A stretch of DNA of 64,000 nucleotides from Candidatus Woesearchaeota archaeon (GTDB taxonomy: Archaea; Nanobdellota; Nanobdellia; Woesearchaeales; ARS49). A program made the position numbers and the translations under genes. Location: positions 8,552 through 72,551 of the forward strand of contig JACQNC010000006.1 in NCBI GenBank assembly GCA_016203225.1, in the 5' to 3' direction. Below the pieces are notes generated by a model that worked only from the letters and a program-made list of their open reading frames with translations, had not been told where the DNA came from and made no database searches. Positions 25,928 to 35,059 of the stretch are shown here, in pieces. Every line of letters begins with the position of its first letter. The first letter of the stretch is position 1.

Positions 25928-28453
25928 ATGTTGAGCGACAAAGAGGCAAAAACCCAGCTGAAAGCCCTGGCGTCCAAGAACCCTGACAAGCACTACGCCA
26001 CGGGCGTGCTGAAGGAAGAGGGCTTCAAGCGCCAGCAGTGCACCAAATGCCAGCGCTGGTTCTGGAGCGTCACGGCCTCGAAGGTCTGCGGCGACCCTTC
26101 ATGCTCAGGCGGGTTCAGGTTCATCGGCAACAGCCCCGCGAAATTCAAGCTCGACTACATCGAGACCTGGAAGAAGTTCTCGCAACTGTTCCAGAAGTGG
26201 GGATACACGCCGATCAAGCGATATCCTGTCGTGGCGCGTTGGAGACAAGACACGGACTTCGTGCAAGCGAGCATCTACGACTTCCAACCTTACGTTGTCA
26301 CAGGAGAAGTCGAGCCGCCCGCCAATCCGCTCGTCGTCCCGCAGTTCTGCCTCCGATTCAACGACATCGACAATGTCGGCATCACGGGCGCGCACTACAC
26401 CGGCTTCGTCATGATAGGCCAACACGCATTCCAGCCGCCGGACAAGTACGACCAGCCGAAATACTTCAAAGACATCCACAACTGGCTCAAGCTCGGCTTG
26501 GGGTTGAAGAACGAAGATCTCACGTTCCACGAGGACGCATGGGCAGGCGGAGGAAACTCAGGACCGAGCATGGAGTTCTTCTCAGGCGGACTAGAACTCG
26601 GCAACCAGGTCTACATGAGCTACCAGAACACGGACTCGGGCTTCAAGCCCTTGCCGTTGAAGGTGCTCGACATGGGAATGGGCCACGAGCGCAACGCATG
26701 GTTCTCGCAAGGACGCAGCACAAGTTACGAAACCACATTCCCTGAAGTGATGAAGCACCTGCGCAACGCCACCGGAGTCCAGATAGACGAGGACCTGATG
26801 GCGCGCTTCCTTCCCTTTGCGTCTTACCTGAATGTCGATGAGGTCGAGGACCTCGACAAGGCATGGCAGAGCGTGGCCGACGGGATCGGCGAAGACAAAG
26901 AAGAGCTCAAGAAGCGCGTGAACGAGCAGGCAGCGCTTTATTCTGTCGCAGAACACACTCGCTCACTCCTGTTCGCGCTCGCAGACGGAGCGCTGCCGTC
27001 GAACGTCGGCGGAATGTACAATCTCAGAGTCATCCTCAGACGCGCGTTGCAGTTCATCGACAAACACCAGTGGAATGTGCATCTCGCGAACGTGGCGGAA
27101 TGGCACGCGGACTACCTGAAACCGCTGTTCCCTGAATTGAAAGAGCATCTCGCAGAGGTCCACCAGATACTCGACGTGGAGAAGGCGAAATATGACAGCA
27201 CGAAACAGAAGATGTCCCAATTACTCTCTCGCGCGCTCGACAAAGAGTTGACGACGAACGATCTCGTCGACCTGTACGACAACCAAGGCATCAACCCCGA
27301 CCTCGTCAAGGACGAGGCGGCCAAGAAAGGCAAGAAGATCCACGTGCCCGACAACTTCTACGCCATCGTCGCAGAAAGACACGAGAAGAAAGAGCAGGAA
27401 CACGCGACCGTCCGCGAAGAGAAGCTCGATCTCGCGAACGTCCCCGAGACCAAAGCGCGGTACTACGAAGACTGGGCAAAGGTCGAGTTCAAAGCGAGGG
27501 TGGCCAAAGTCATCGAGAACAACATGCTGCTCGACGAGACGTTCTTCTACCCCACGTCAGGCGGCCAGTTGCACGACACAGGCGCCATCAATCAGTTCAA
27601 GGTAATCGACGTGTTCAAGCAAGGCCACCACATCGTGCACGTGCTCGCCGAGAAGCCGGACCTGAAACCCGGCGACAGCGTCATAGGCAAGATAGATTTC
27701 GAGCGCCGAAAGCAACTGGCGCAACACCACACGGCCACGCACATCATCAACGCCGCGGCCCGTCGCGTGCTCGGGAACCACATCAACCAGGCATCAGCCA
27801 AGAAGGACGTAGACAAGGCGCACATCGACATCACGCACTTCGAGCTATTGTCACAAGAACAGCTGGACAAGATCGAGAAGGAAGCTAACCGCATAGTGAA
27901 CGAAGAAATCCCGTCACGATTGAAGTTCATCCCCCGCACAGAAGCCGAACAGACGTACGGCATGGGCATCTACCAAGGAGGCGCAGTGCCGGGAAAGATG
28001 CTGCGCATAGTAGAGATCCCGGAGATCGATGTCGAAGCGTGCGGCGGCACGCACCTGCACAACACGAAGGAAGCGGGCAGGATCAGGCTATTGAAAGCTT
28101 CGAAGGTCAAGGATGGAGTAGTGCGCATCACGTTCGTGGCAGGAAACGCTGCCGACAGCCTCGAATCCGAGACGCAGAAGAAAATCGACGAGCTCGCGCA
28201 GTTCCTCGGCTGCCTCAAGGCAGGAATCGTGCCGCGCGTGCAGGAGATATTCGACAAGTGGAAGAAAGCCCGCAAGGCGGCCCAAGCAGGCAAACCGTTG
28301 GAACCTGACTGGTTCAGGTTCGTCTCCTCAGAGACATGGCAAGGCGACAGCTTGGCCAAATCAGCCGAGATCCTCCAGACCCAGCCCGAGAACATCATCA
28401 AGACATTGCAGCGCTTCATCAAGGAGTTGATGGAGTGGAAAGCACGGAAATAA
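25928..28453 (+). CDS. alaS: alanyl-tRNA synthetase (archaeal type)
   Basis: 841 aa. Class II core, editing domain HHTATHIINAAARRVLG...CGGTHL. TATA ATTTAAAAG lies about 30 nt upstream. Confidence 0.93.
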   Translation: MLSDKEAKTQLKALASKNPDKHYATGVLKEEGFKRQQCTKCQRWFWSVTASKVCGDPSCSGGFRFIGNSPAKFKLDYIETWKKFSQLFQKWGYTPIKRYPVVARWRQDTDFVQASIYDFQPYVVTGEVEPPANPLVVPQFCLRFNDIDNVGITGAHYTGFVMIGQHAFQPPDKYDQPKYFKDIHNWLKLGLGLKNEDLTFHEDAWAGGGNSGPSMEFFSGGLELGNQVYMSYQNTDSGFKPLPLKVLDMGMGHERNAWFSQGRSTSYETTFPEVMKHLRNATGVQIDEDLMARFLPFASYLNVDEVEDLDKAWQSVADGIGEDKEELKKRVNEQAALYSVAEHTRSLLFALADGALPSNVGGMYNLRVILRRALQFIDKHQWNVHLANVAEWHADYLKPLFPELKEHLAEVHQILDVEKAKYDSTKQKMSQLLSRALDKELTTNDLVDLYDNQGINPDLVKDEAAKKGKKIHVPDNFYAIVAERHEKKEQEHATVREEKLDLANVPETKARYYEDWAKVEFKARVAKVIENNMLLDETFFYPTSGGQLHDTGAINQFKVIDVFKQGHHIVHVLAEKPDLKPGDSVIGKIDFERRKQLAQHHTATHIINAAARRVLGNHINQASAKKDVDKAHIDITHFELLSQEQLDKIEKEANRIVNEEIPSRLKFIPRTEAEQTYGMGIYQGGAVPGKMLRIVEIPEIDVEACGGTHLHNTKEAGRIRLLKASKVKDGVVRITFVAGNAADSLESETQKKIDELAQFLGCLKAGIVPRVQEIFDKWKKARKAAQAGKPLEPDWFRFVSSETWQGDSLAKSAEILQTQPENIIKTLQRFIKELMEWKARK

Positions 28454-28540
28454 TCTTGTTCTGATACGTGGAAACACTATTGGAACACACCGTTAGGTAA
28501 GGCGAACGAAATAAATATAAACGGATTCAATAAGAGTTGG

Positions 28541-28942
28541 ATGGTTATGGGTAAAATATTGGCAACGGAAGTTAGAACTGACGACCTGAAATTTTTTGGC
28601 CAGGAACTCAAACAAACAGATCTTGTTTTAACAGAAGTTAAGCTGGATACATTTGGAGGAATGATAGCATCACTAATTACTAACTTCCCAAGTAACCTGA
28701 TATCTCTTACCGGTCCAATTGAAGGTTCGGATCTATTTCACATAGAAATTTCTTTTCCCGCGGATCCACGTGTCTTTCCAGAAGCATACTCAGCATTGAA
28801 TGACTTGCTTTCCAAAGAATTTGAACAAGTGTCTTTCTATTCAGATCCTGGTTATTTTCATTACTGTTTGCCAACAACAGATCATTTTGCATTTGCAGAG
28901 CTCTTGCACAGAAAAGCAGCAGCGATCTTATCAAGATTCTGA
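28541..28942 (+). CDS. hypothetical protein in an AT-rich island
   Basis: 133 aa, no family recognised. The surrounding 28455-28985 is visibly AT-richer than its flanks. Confidence 0.35.
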   Translation: MVMGKILATEVRTDDLKFFGQELKQTDLVLTEVKLDTFGGMIASLITNFPSNLISLTGPIEGSDLFHIEISFPADPRVFPEAYSALNDLLSKEFEQVSFYSDPGYFHYCLPTTDHFAFAELLHRKAAAILSRF

Positions 28943-28986
28943 CCATTTGCTGCGGAAACCCCTACCTTTTCGGACGGTCTTTTACC

Positions 28987-29502
28987 TCAAAACAACAGAC
29001 CCGCCATGATGATCGCGAGCATGATCACGGCGAGTTCGAGCTTGACGAAGATGCTCAAGACCTTACCGGCGAACGCGCCGATGCCTGCCTTGAACGCCTT
29101 GCCGAAGCTCCGATAATGGAGCAATTCAACCGCAAAAGCGCCGACGAAAGCACCGAGGAACATGCCGAGCAGCGAGCCGACGACGAACACCGGCACGCCC
29201 ACGATGCCGCCGATGATCGCCCCGACGATGGCGCCGACCGTGCCTATATTCGAACTCCCGAACCTGCGCGCGGCGATGCCACCGACGACGACATCGAACA
29301 GCTCTCCGAGCCCAGCAAGCACGAGCAGGATGAGCAGTGTCTGCCACGAGATCGCCATCGACCAGGAGATGAGATCGTACAGCGCGGCGCCGAACAATAT
29401 CACGAACGTTCCCGGCAGCCCGAAGAGCACGATCACGATGCCCGCGAGGGCGAACAGCACCAAGAACACCGCGGCGATGATCCCGTGGAACACTATGACC
29501 AC
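28987..29502 (-). CDS. DUF456-family membrane protein
   Basis: Gly-rich TM helices with GLPGTFVILFGAALYD near the N-terminus. Confidence 0.55.
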   Translation of the reverse strand: MVIVFHGIIAAVFLVLFALAGIVIVLFGLPGTFVILFGAALYDLISWSMAISWQTLLILLVLAGLGELFDVVVGGIAARRFGSSNIGTVGAIVGAIIGGIVGVPVFVVGSLLGMFLGAFVGAFAVELLHYRSFGKAFKAGIGAFAGKVLSIFVKLELAVIMLAIIMAGLLF

Positions 29503-30236
29503 AGCTTCCCAAGCACGTCCAGAGTGTACAACTGTATCGCCTGCGCCTGCTGTTTTGAAGGGTTGAACGGCTGCGCCTTCTTGTGCACGGAATGCACGCG
29601 CACCTGGTTTATCAAATGGATCTGGTTACCCAATGCAGGATCGATCGTTGCGCCGTGCTCCGCGATTTTCGCCACAAGATTTCCCAAGCCGGTTCCGGGA
29701 GCCTTCTCGAGCAGGTCGTTCCCGGTAATCTCGAAATACTTCCTGAACAAGGCGGTCTCGAGCATCCGCCCACAGAGAACGACCGCGGACCGGTACGCAC
29801 CGACCTTCATGCACTTCTGCAATTCCGCGTGATCCGCGACGATCTCACCCCGGATATCCGCAGGCAGCTTCGGCAGATCAGAAGCCGCCGCTTCATCTTT
29901 CGGCAATTCCGCGATGCGCTCGACGAGATCATCGACCAACATCTGCAGTTGCCCGATATCCTTTGTCTGACCCAAGAGCCCGACGATCTTCAGGATGCCC
30001 TCAACCATCCCTTTGTTCGCCTTGTCCGCGTCGATCAACGCGAACAGATGATGGCTCTTTATGTCGACGGTCGCGATGCCGGTCAATACAGCGGTACGCA
30101 TCGCTTCGCGATGCTTCGCCTTGAAATCATGCAGCTGCGCAGCGTCGGTATCAGTGAGAATTATGTCATTCTTCAACGCGTTCGCGACGGCAGAATGCAG
30201 ATCACGGACGCTGCGCACGAACTGCTGGATAGGCAT
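29493..30236 (-). CDS. hypothetical protein with a DUF4145-like C-terminal domain
   Basis: The C-terminal ...YRSAVVLCGRMLETAL...LGNLVAKIAEHG...INQVRVHSVHKK... resembles DUF4145. By eye only. Confidence 0.4.
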   Translation of the reverse strand: MPIQQFVRSVRDLHSAVANALKNDIILTDTDAAQLHDFKAKHREAMRTAVLTGIATVDIKSHHLFALIDADKANKGMVEGILKIVGLLGQTKDIGQLQMLVDDLVERIAELPKDEAAASDLPKLPADIRGEIVADHAELQKCMKVGAYRSAVVLCGRMLETALFRKYFEITGNDLLEKAPGTGLGNLVAKIAEHGATIDPALGNQIHLINQVRVHSVHKKAQPFNPSKQQAQAIQLYTLDVLGKLWS

Positions 30237-30288
30237 ACCGGAACAGGAATTCGCAAACTATTTAAGCCCTTTGCCGGGCCATCGCATC

Positions 30289-31080
30289 ATGCAAGTCAGC
30301 ATCATCGGGTTGGGGCAGGTGGGTGGCGAGACTTTCAAAGCCATCGAACTCGCACGCGTGCCTGGCGTCACGTGCGTAGGTATCGACATCGATGGCTTCA
30401 CCCGCAAAGCTTACCGCGAAGAAGGTTACGCAGTGACCGAGAAGGCTCCCGCGTCCGATGTCTATATCGTCGCTGTCTACACGACGCAACAGGTCTTTGA
30501 CGTCCTTCGGGCGCTGGACTTGGCGCGCAAACCGCTGGTGAGCCTCGAGAGCACGCTCGACCCGCAAGAGTTCCCTGCATTGCGCGCGTGGGCCAAAGAT
30601 ACAAGCACAGACCTTGTCACGTGCCCGCATAGGTTCAACCCGAATGATCCCCCGCACCACGTGTTCAACCTCGACCGAATAATCGGAGGCGTCACAGGGC
30701 AAGCGCTGGAGCGTGGCACGGAATTCTACGCAAAATATATGGCACACAAGAGCCTCCTGCATCCGTACTCATTCGAGGTGGCCGCATTGGCAAAAGTCGC
30801 GGAGAACGCATACAGGTTCATGGAAATCGCGCTCGCGCAGGAACTCAAGAGAATGAGCGACAGCGCAGGCATCGATTTCACAGAGCTCCGCGATGCGATG
30901 AACACCAAGTGGAACGTCAAGGTGCTCGAAGCCAGGAACGGCGTCGGAGGCAAATGCCTTCCGAAGGACATGACGCTACTAGCCGAGTTCGCGAAGAACA
31001 AGTCGCTGTTCGAGCTGTTCCTCTTCCTCAACGAGATGTACACCGCAGAGCAGAAAGAAGCGTCCGTTGCGAAACCTTAA
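30289..31080 (+). CDS. UDP-sugar (UDP-glucose/GDP-mannose family) dehydrogenase-like protein lacking the C-terminal domain
   Basis: Rossmann start MQVSIIGLGQVGG and catalytic-Cys motif GGKCLPKD. Only 263 aa. TATA TATTTAAG lies about 25 nt upstream. Confidence 0.6.
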   Translation: MQVSIIGLGQVGGETFKAIELARVPGVTCVGIDIDGFTRKAYREEGYAVTEKAPASDVYIVAVYTTQQVFDVLRALDLARKPLVSLESTLDPQEFPALRAWAKDTSTDLVTCPHRFNPNDPPHHVFNLDRIIGGVTGQALERGTEFYAKYMAHKSLLHPYSFEVAALAKVAENAYRFMEIALAQELKRMSDSAGIDFTELRDAMNTKWNVKVLEARNGVGGKCLPKDMTLLAEFAKNKSLFELFLFLNEMYTAEQKEASVAKP

Positions 31081-31244
31081 TCTCTCTCACGCAGCAGTCT
31101 CTGCACGTCCTCGACAGAGAAGAATGCCGGTTCGCTGACTTCCGAGGCGCGGTGCTGAGAGCAGGCACGCTTGCCCTCCCAGAAGAACCAGCACTTGTCC
31201 TTGAACACCTGGTACGATTGGCAGTCCTTACAGACGAGACTCAT
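31077..31244 (-). CDS. small Cys-rich protein
   Basis: MSLVCKDCQSYQVFKDKCWFFWEGKRACSQH... (55 aa). The ATG is 27 nt from the shared TATA. Confidence 0.4.
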   Translation of the reverse strand: MSLVCKDCQSYQVFKDKCWFFWEGKRACSQHRASEVSEPAFFSVEDVQRLLRERD

Positions 31245-31266
31245 GACCCGATCGGAGATACGAACA

Positions 31267-31275
31267 TTTAAAAAA
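31267..31275. promoter_or_regulatory. single shared TATA box (TTTAAAAAA) for divergent genes
   Basis: Centre 31271 is 27 nt from the ATG at 31244 (-) and 27 nt from the ATG at 31298 (+). Confidence 0.55.
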
Positions 31276-31297
31276 CTATTGCTGACGTGCAAGAGAT

Positions 31298-32344
31298 ATG
31301 CCTGAGATGCTCACGGACTCGGAAGTCATAAAGGTCAAGGACCACCTCGACAACTGCCAACGGCCGTTCATCTTCTTCCACGACGACCCGGACGGGCTGG
31401 CGAGCTTCCTATTGTTCTACCGATACAAGGGCGAAGGACGCGGCTATCCGCTCAAGGCATTCCCCCGCCTCACGGCGGAACACGCCGCGAAAGTGCACGA
31501 ATACGGAGCCGACAAGGTGTTCGTGCTCGACATCGCGCTGGCAGATCAGGAATTCTTCGACGCGCTCGGCGTCCCATGCATCTGGATCGACCACCACTCG
31601 CCGCAGGAACGCACCAAGGTCGAGTACTACAACCCACGCAAGCGCGACAACCTCAACATCCCGACGCCCAACGGCTGCTACCAGGTAGTGCAGCAGGACC
31701 TCTGGATAGCGACGCTCGGCAGCATCGGCGACTGGTACCTGCCCCCTCTCGCGAAGGAATTCCACGCGCACTACCCCGACCTGCTCGCAGAAGACGTCCC
31801 TAGCGTAGAAGAGGCGCTCTTCAACTCCCCCGTCTCGAAGCTCATCAAGCTCCTCTCGTTCGTGCTCAAAGGCCCCACGAACGAGGTGATGCAGGCGGTC
31901 AAGATCCTCACGCGCATCGAGAGCCCGTACGAGATCCTGCGCGAGGAGACCCCGCGCGCCAAATGGCTGATGAAGAAATACCACACAATCAACCAGATCT
32001 ACGAGAAACTGATGAAGAAGGCCGAGAAGAGCGTCACAAAAGACCCGTTGATCGTTTTCACGTACACCGACGACACGCTCTCATTGACGAAAGACCTCGC
32101 GAACGAACTCCTGTACAAGTACAACGACAAGATAATAGTCCTGGGCAGGGAGAAGTCAGGAGAGGTCCGGTGCAGCCTCAGATCGGGCAAGAACACCATC
32201 CTGTTGCCATTGGTGCAGCGCGCGCTCATCGGCGTGCAGGGCTACGGCGGCGGCCACGAACACGCTGTCGGAGCCGGCATCAAGAAAGAGGACTTCCAAC
32301 TGTTCTTGGACAATCTGCGCAGAGAGTTGCAAGCCCAGCGCTAA
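31298..32344 (+). CDS. DHH/DHHA1-family phosphoesterase (NrnA/RecJ-like)
   Basis: FFHDDPDGLAS (DHH motif region), DHH-type ...WIDHH..., and GGGHEHAVGAG (DHHA1). Confidence 0.7.
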   Translation: MPEMLTDSEVIKVKDHLDNCQRPFIFFHDDPDGLASFLLFYRYKGEGRGYPLKAFPRLTAEHAAKVHEYGADKVFVLDIALADQEFFDALGVPCIWIDHHSPQERTKVEYYNPRKRDNLNIPTPNGCYQVVQQDLWIATLGSIGDWYLPPLAKEFHAHYPDLLAEDVPSVEEALFNSPVSKLIKLLSFVLKGPTNEVMQAVKILTRIESPYEILREETPRAKWLMKKYHTINQIYEKLMKKAEKSVTKDPLIVFTYTDDTLSLTKDLANELLYKYNDKIIVLGREKSGEVRCSLRSGKNTILLPLVQRALIGVQGYGGGHEHAVGAGIKKEDFQLFLDNLRRELQAQR

Positions 32345-32345
32345 G

Positions 32346-32353
32346 TTTATAAA
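32346..32353 (+). promoter_or_regulatory. TATA box (palindromic GTTTATAAAC) for tRNA-Gly
   Basis: Centre is about 30 nt upstream of the tRNA 5' end. It starts 2 nt after the upstream gene's stop codon (TAA at 32342-32344). Confidence 0.5.
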
Positions 32354-32378
32354 CGCCTTTCCTGCATTTTCTCATCAA

Positions 32379-32449
32379 GCGCCTGTGGTCTAACGGTATG
32401 ACTCGAGTCTTCCAAACTCGAAGCACGGGTTCGACTCCCGTCGGGCGCA
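32379..32449 (+). tRNA. tRNA-Gly (anticodon TCC)
   Basis: Acceptor GCGCCTG/CGGGCGC (one G-U) plus discriminator A. Anticodon arm CGAGT-CTTCCAA-ACTCG. T arm ACGGG-TTCGACT-CCCGT. Confidence 0.88.
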
Positions 32450-32450
32450 T

Positions 32451-33098
32451 ATGGCAGAGACAATCCTGTTCCTGTGCGCCCACAACGATGACCAGATCAT
32501 CGGCGGCGGAGGCACGTTCGCGAAGTACGCGAATGAGGGCAAGCGCGTAAAGACCGTCGTGTTCTCGTACGGCCAACAGAGCCATCCATACCTGAAACCT
32601 GGCGCGATAGTGAAGACGCGCGTCAAGGAAGCGCTGAAGTCCGACAGGATCCTGGGCGGCAGCGGCATCACGTTCCTAGGGCTCGCGGAAGGCAAGTTCC
32701 TGAAAGGTTTCGCGGAGAAAGGCATCAAGGACAAAGTCACAGATGTAATCGATAAGGAGAAGCCGGACAAGATATTCACGCACAGCATCGACGACCCGCA
32801 CCCCGACCATAAAGCGGTGCACAAGCTCGTCACCGAGATCACGACCGAGAAGAGATTGACTAACATCTACACGTTCGACGTGTGGAACCCGCTGAACATC
32901 CGCAGGCGCGACCAGCCAAGGCTAGTAGTGGACGTCACGAAGACGTTCCAGGCGAAGCTCAAGGCCTACGACGCCCATGAAAGCCAAGTCTACCTGCCGT
33001 TGATGATCCCGATGCGGCTACGCATGATCGTTTACGCGCTGCTCGCCGGCTGGAACAACCAGTGCAGATACGCAGAAGTGTTCCGCAAACTAGCATGA
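32451..33098 (+). CDS. PIG-L/LmbE-family N-acetylglucosaminyl deacetylase
   Basis: ILFLCAHNDDQIIGGGGTFAKY and HPDH motifs. The ATG begins 1 nt after the tRNA-Gly discriminator. Confidence 0.8.
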   Translation: MAETILFLCAHNDDQIIGGGGTFAKYANEGKRVKTVVFSYGQQSHPYLKPGAIVKTRVKEALKSDRILGGSGITFLGLAEGKFLKGFAEKGIKDKVTDVIDKEKPDKIFTHSIDDPHPDHKAVHKLVTEITTEKRLTNIYTFDVWNPLNIRRRDQPRLVVDVTKTFQAKLKAYDAHESQVYLPLMIPMRLRMIVYALLAGWNNQCRYAEVFRKLA

Positions 33099-33763
33099 AA
33101 CAAACGCTAACCAGACTGCACCCCGTGGACATGGCCGTGCTACTGGCGCTCTTCGAGGGCGCGACGCTGTTCGTAATGGCTCTCGCCATGGAATTCCTGC
33201 GACCACGCGGAACTTTCCTGGGAGACGCGCTATTGGGCGCCATCATCGGCCTGCTAGGCACGCCCATCGCGCTCGGCATCTGGCACCTCGGCAGGCTACG
33301 CCTCAGGGGCACGCTGCACAACAAGCCGTTCACGCTCACGCACATAAACGTCATTCCGGCGAGCGCCGCCAATGCCGTCTTCCTGGTGGTGCTCTTCTGG
33401 ATCGAGGACCTCATCAGGGCCATAACCGACGTCCCGTTCGTCGGCATCGCGCTTCTAGGACTGGTCGCTACGACGCTCTCCATCCTGCTCCTGCTCTTCA
33501 TCTACAACCTGCAGCCATTGAAAATATGGGTCACTATCGGATACCCTGAACGGATCGCGCGCGCCGGCCCCCTCGCTGCGGTGTTCGCGGGCATCTTCGA
33601 AGCGGTCATCCTTCCCATCATGTCCTGGCTGATGACCTTGCCATTGCCGACCGTCGCGAGCTTCACGATAGCAGGCATGGTCTCCGGATTCATCGGCGGA
33701 TTAGTGGGCACGTGGATCCTGAACCTGTTCGCGCCGTGGCTGAAACCGTGGCTTGACCTATGA
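33095..33763 (+). CDS. hypothetical polytopic membrane protein
   Basis: ATGA overlap with the PIG-L stop and ATGA-type overlap with the downstream glycosyltransferase. About 6 hydrophobic helices. Confidence 0.5.
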   Translation: MKQTLTRLHPVDMAVLLALFEGATLFVMALAMEFLRPRGTFLGDALLGAIIGLLGTPIALGIWHLGRLRLRGTLHNKPFTLTHINVIPASAANAVFLVVLFWIEDLIRAITDVPFVGIALLGLVATTLSILLLLFIYNLQPLKIWVTIGYPERIARAGPLAAVFAGIFEAVILPIMSWLMTLPLPTVASFTIAGMVSGFIGGLVGTWILNLFAPWLKPWLDL

Positions 33764-34869
33764 AGAAACTCCTGATAACGACTGACACGTTCCTGCCACG
33801 CTGGGACGGGATCGCACGGTTCCTTTCCGAGATGATCCCGGGATTGCGCGATGCGTTCCAGATCACCATCGTCTGTCCTGCGTTCCCAGGCGTCGCGCCG
33901 CAAATCCCGGGAGTTAAGCTCGTGCGTTTCCCGCTCGTGAACATCAGGTTCGGCGACATCTTCTTCAGCAGCTTCAACCGCAAACGCGTCAAGGCACTGG
34001 TGCGTGAACACGATCTCGTCTTCAACAACAGCCTCGGTCCGATAGGCATGAGCGCAATCCTGGCGGCGAAGAAGCTCAAACGCCCGGTCGTCAGCTACGT
34101 GCACAACATCGAATGGGATCTCGTGAGCAAGAGCGTCAAACGCTTCAAAAGGCTGGCGTGGTTCTCGATGAAGCTCGTGGCGCGCTGGTTCTACAATAGA
34201 TGCACCTTGCTATTGGTCCCTTCGAAGGAGCTCGAGGAACTGCTCACCATCGAAGGGGTGCGCACGAAAAAGTTCGTCGTGCAGCTCGGCGTCGACACCG
34301 TGAAGTTCGTGCCGCCCGTGACGCGCACCGATGCCAAGAAGAACGTAGGCATCAACCCCGCATTGACCGTCATCGGCTACGTCGGCAGGCTCGCGCGCGA
34401 GAAGAACCTCGGCACGCTGTACAGCGCGTTCCAGAAGATAAAGAGGGAGTTCAAAGACGCGATCCTCCTGATCGTGGGCGCAGGGATCGACGAGATGACG
34501 AGACCCGATCCCCGAGTCATCTTCGTGGGCAACCAGGATGTCGTGGCGCCGTACTACCAGGCAATGGACGTCTATGTTCTGCCGTCGCTGACCGAGACGA
34601 CCTCGCTTTCGACGCTCGAAGCCATGGCGTCAGGATGCGCAGTGCTATCAACACCCGTAGGTTCTATCCGGGAATACATAGATGACGGCAAGAACGGCCT
34701 GATCTTCCCGCGAAGGGACGTCAACACGCTCGCGGAACTGCTACGATTCATGTTGACGCACGAGAAGACGCGTCAAGCGCTCGGCTCGGCCGCGCGCAAG
34801 ACCGTAGAAGAGACGCGCTCGTCCAAGAACGTCGTGATCCAGATACGGAACGCGTTATTGAGCGTTTGA
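33760..34869 (+). CDS. GT4-family glycosyltransferase (Glycos_transf_1)
   Basis: GRLAREKNLGTL..., LPSLTETTSLSTLEAMASGCAVLSTPVGSIREYIDDGKNGLIF (EX7E region). Confidence 0.85.
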   Translation: MKKLLITTDTFLPRWDGIARFLSEMIPGLRDAFQITIVCPAFPGVAPQIPGVKLVRFPLVNIRFGDIFFSSFNRKRVKALVREHDLVFNNSLGPIGMSAILAAKKLKRPVVSYVHNIEWDLVSKSVKRFKRLAWFSMKLVARWFYNRCTLLLVPSKELEELLTIEGVRTKKFVVQLGVDTVKFVPPVTRTDAKKNVGINPALTVIGYVGRLAREKNLGTLYSAFQKIKREFKDAILLIVGAGIDEMTRPDPRVIFVGNQDVVAPYYQAMDVYVLPSLTETTSLSTLEAMASGCAVLSTPVGSIREYIDDGKNGLIFPRRDVNTLAELLRFMLTHEKTRQALGSAARKTVEETRSSKNVVIQIRNALLSV

Positions 34870-34912
34870 AAAGAAAAAAAATGCCCGGGAAAGAGGGAAA
34901 CCCGGGGAGAAG

Positions 34913-35059
34913 TCAATAAGCGGAAAGATAACCTTGCATGAATCCTTCTTCTGCGCCCGAGAGTTCGTCGTCCTCGGAAAGATCAGCCAAACGATCCTCG
35001 AAGTATACGTCGGCGGTCTCGAGCTCGTCCTCGGTGATGAAGTCCTTCTTCGGCCTCAT
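34913..35059 (-). CDS. small acidic ORF (tentative)
   Basis: 48 aa MRPKKDFITEDELETADVYFEDRLADLSEDDELSGAEEGFMQGYLSAY. ATGA overlap with a 34-aa upstream ORF (35056-35160). Not in the track. Confidence 0.25.
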   Translation of the reverse strand: MRPKKDFITEDELETADVYFEDRLADLSEDDELSGAEEGFMQGYLSAY

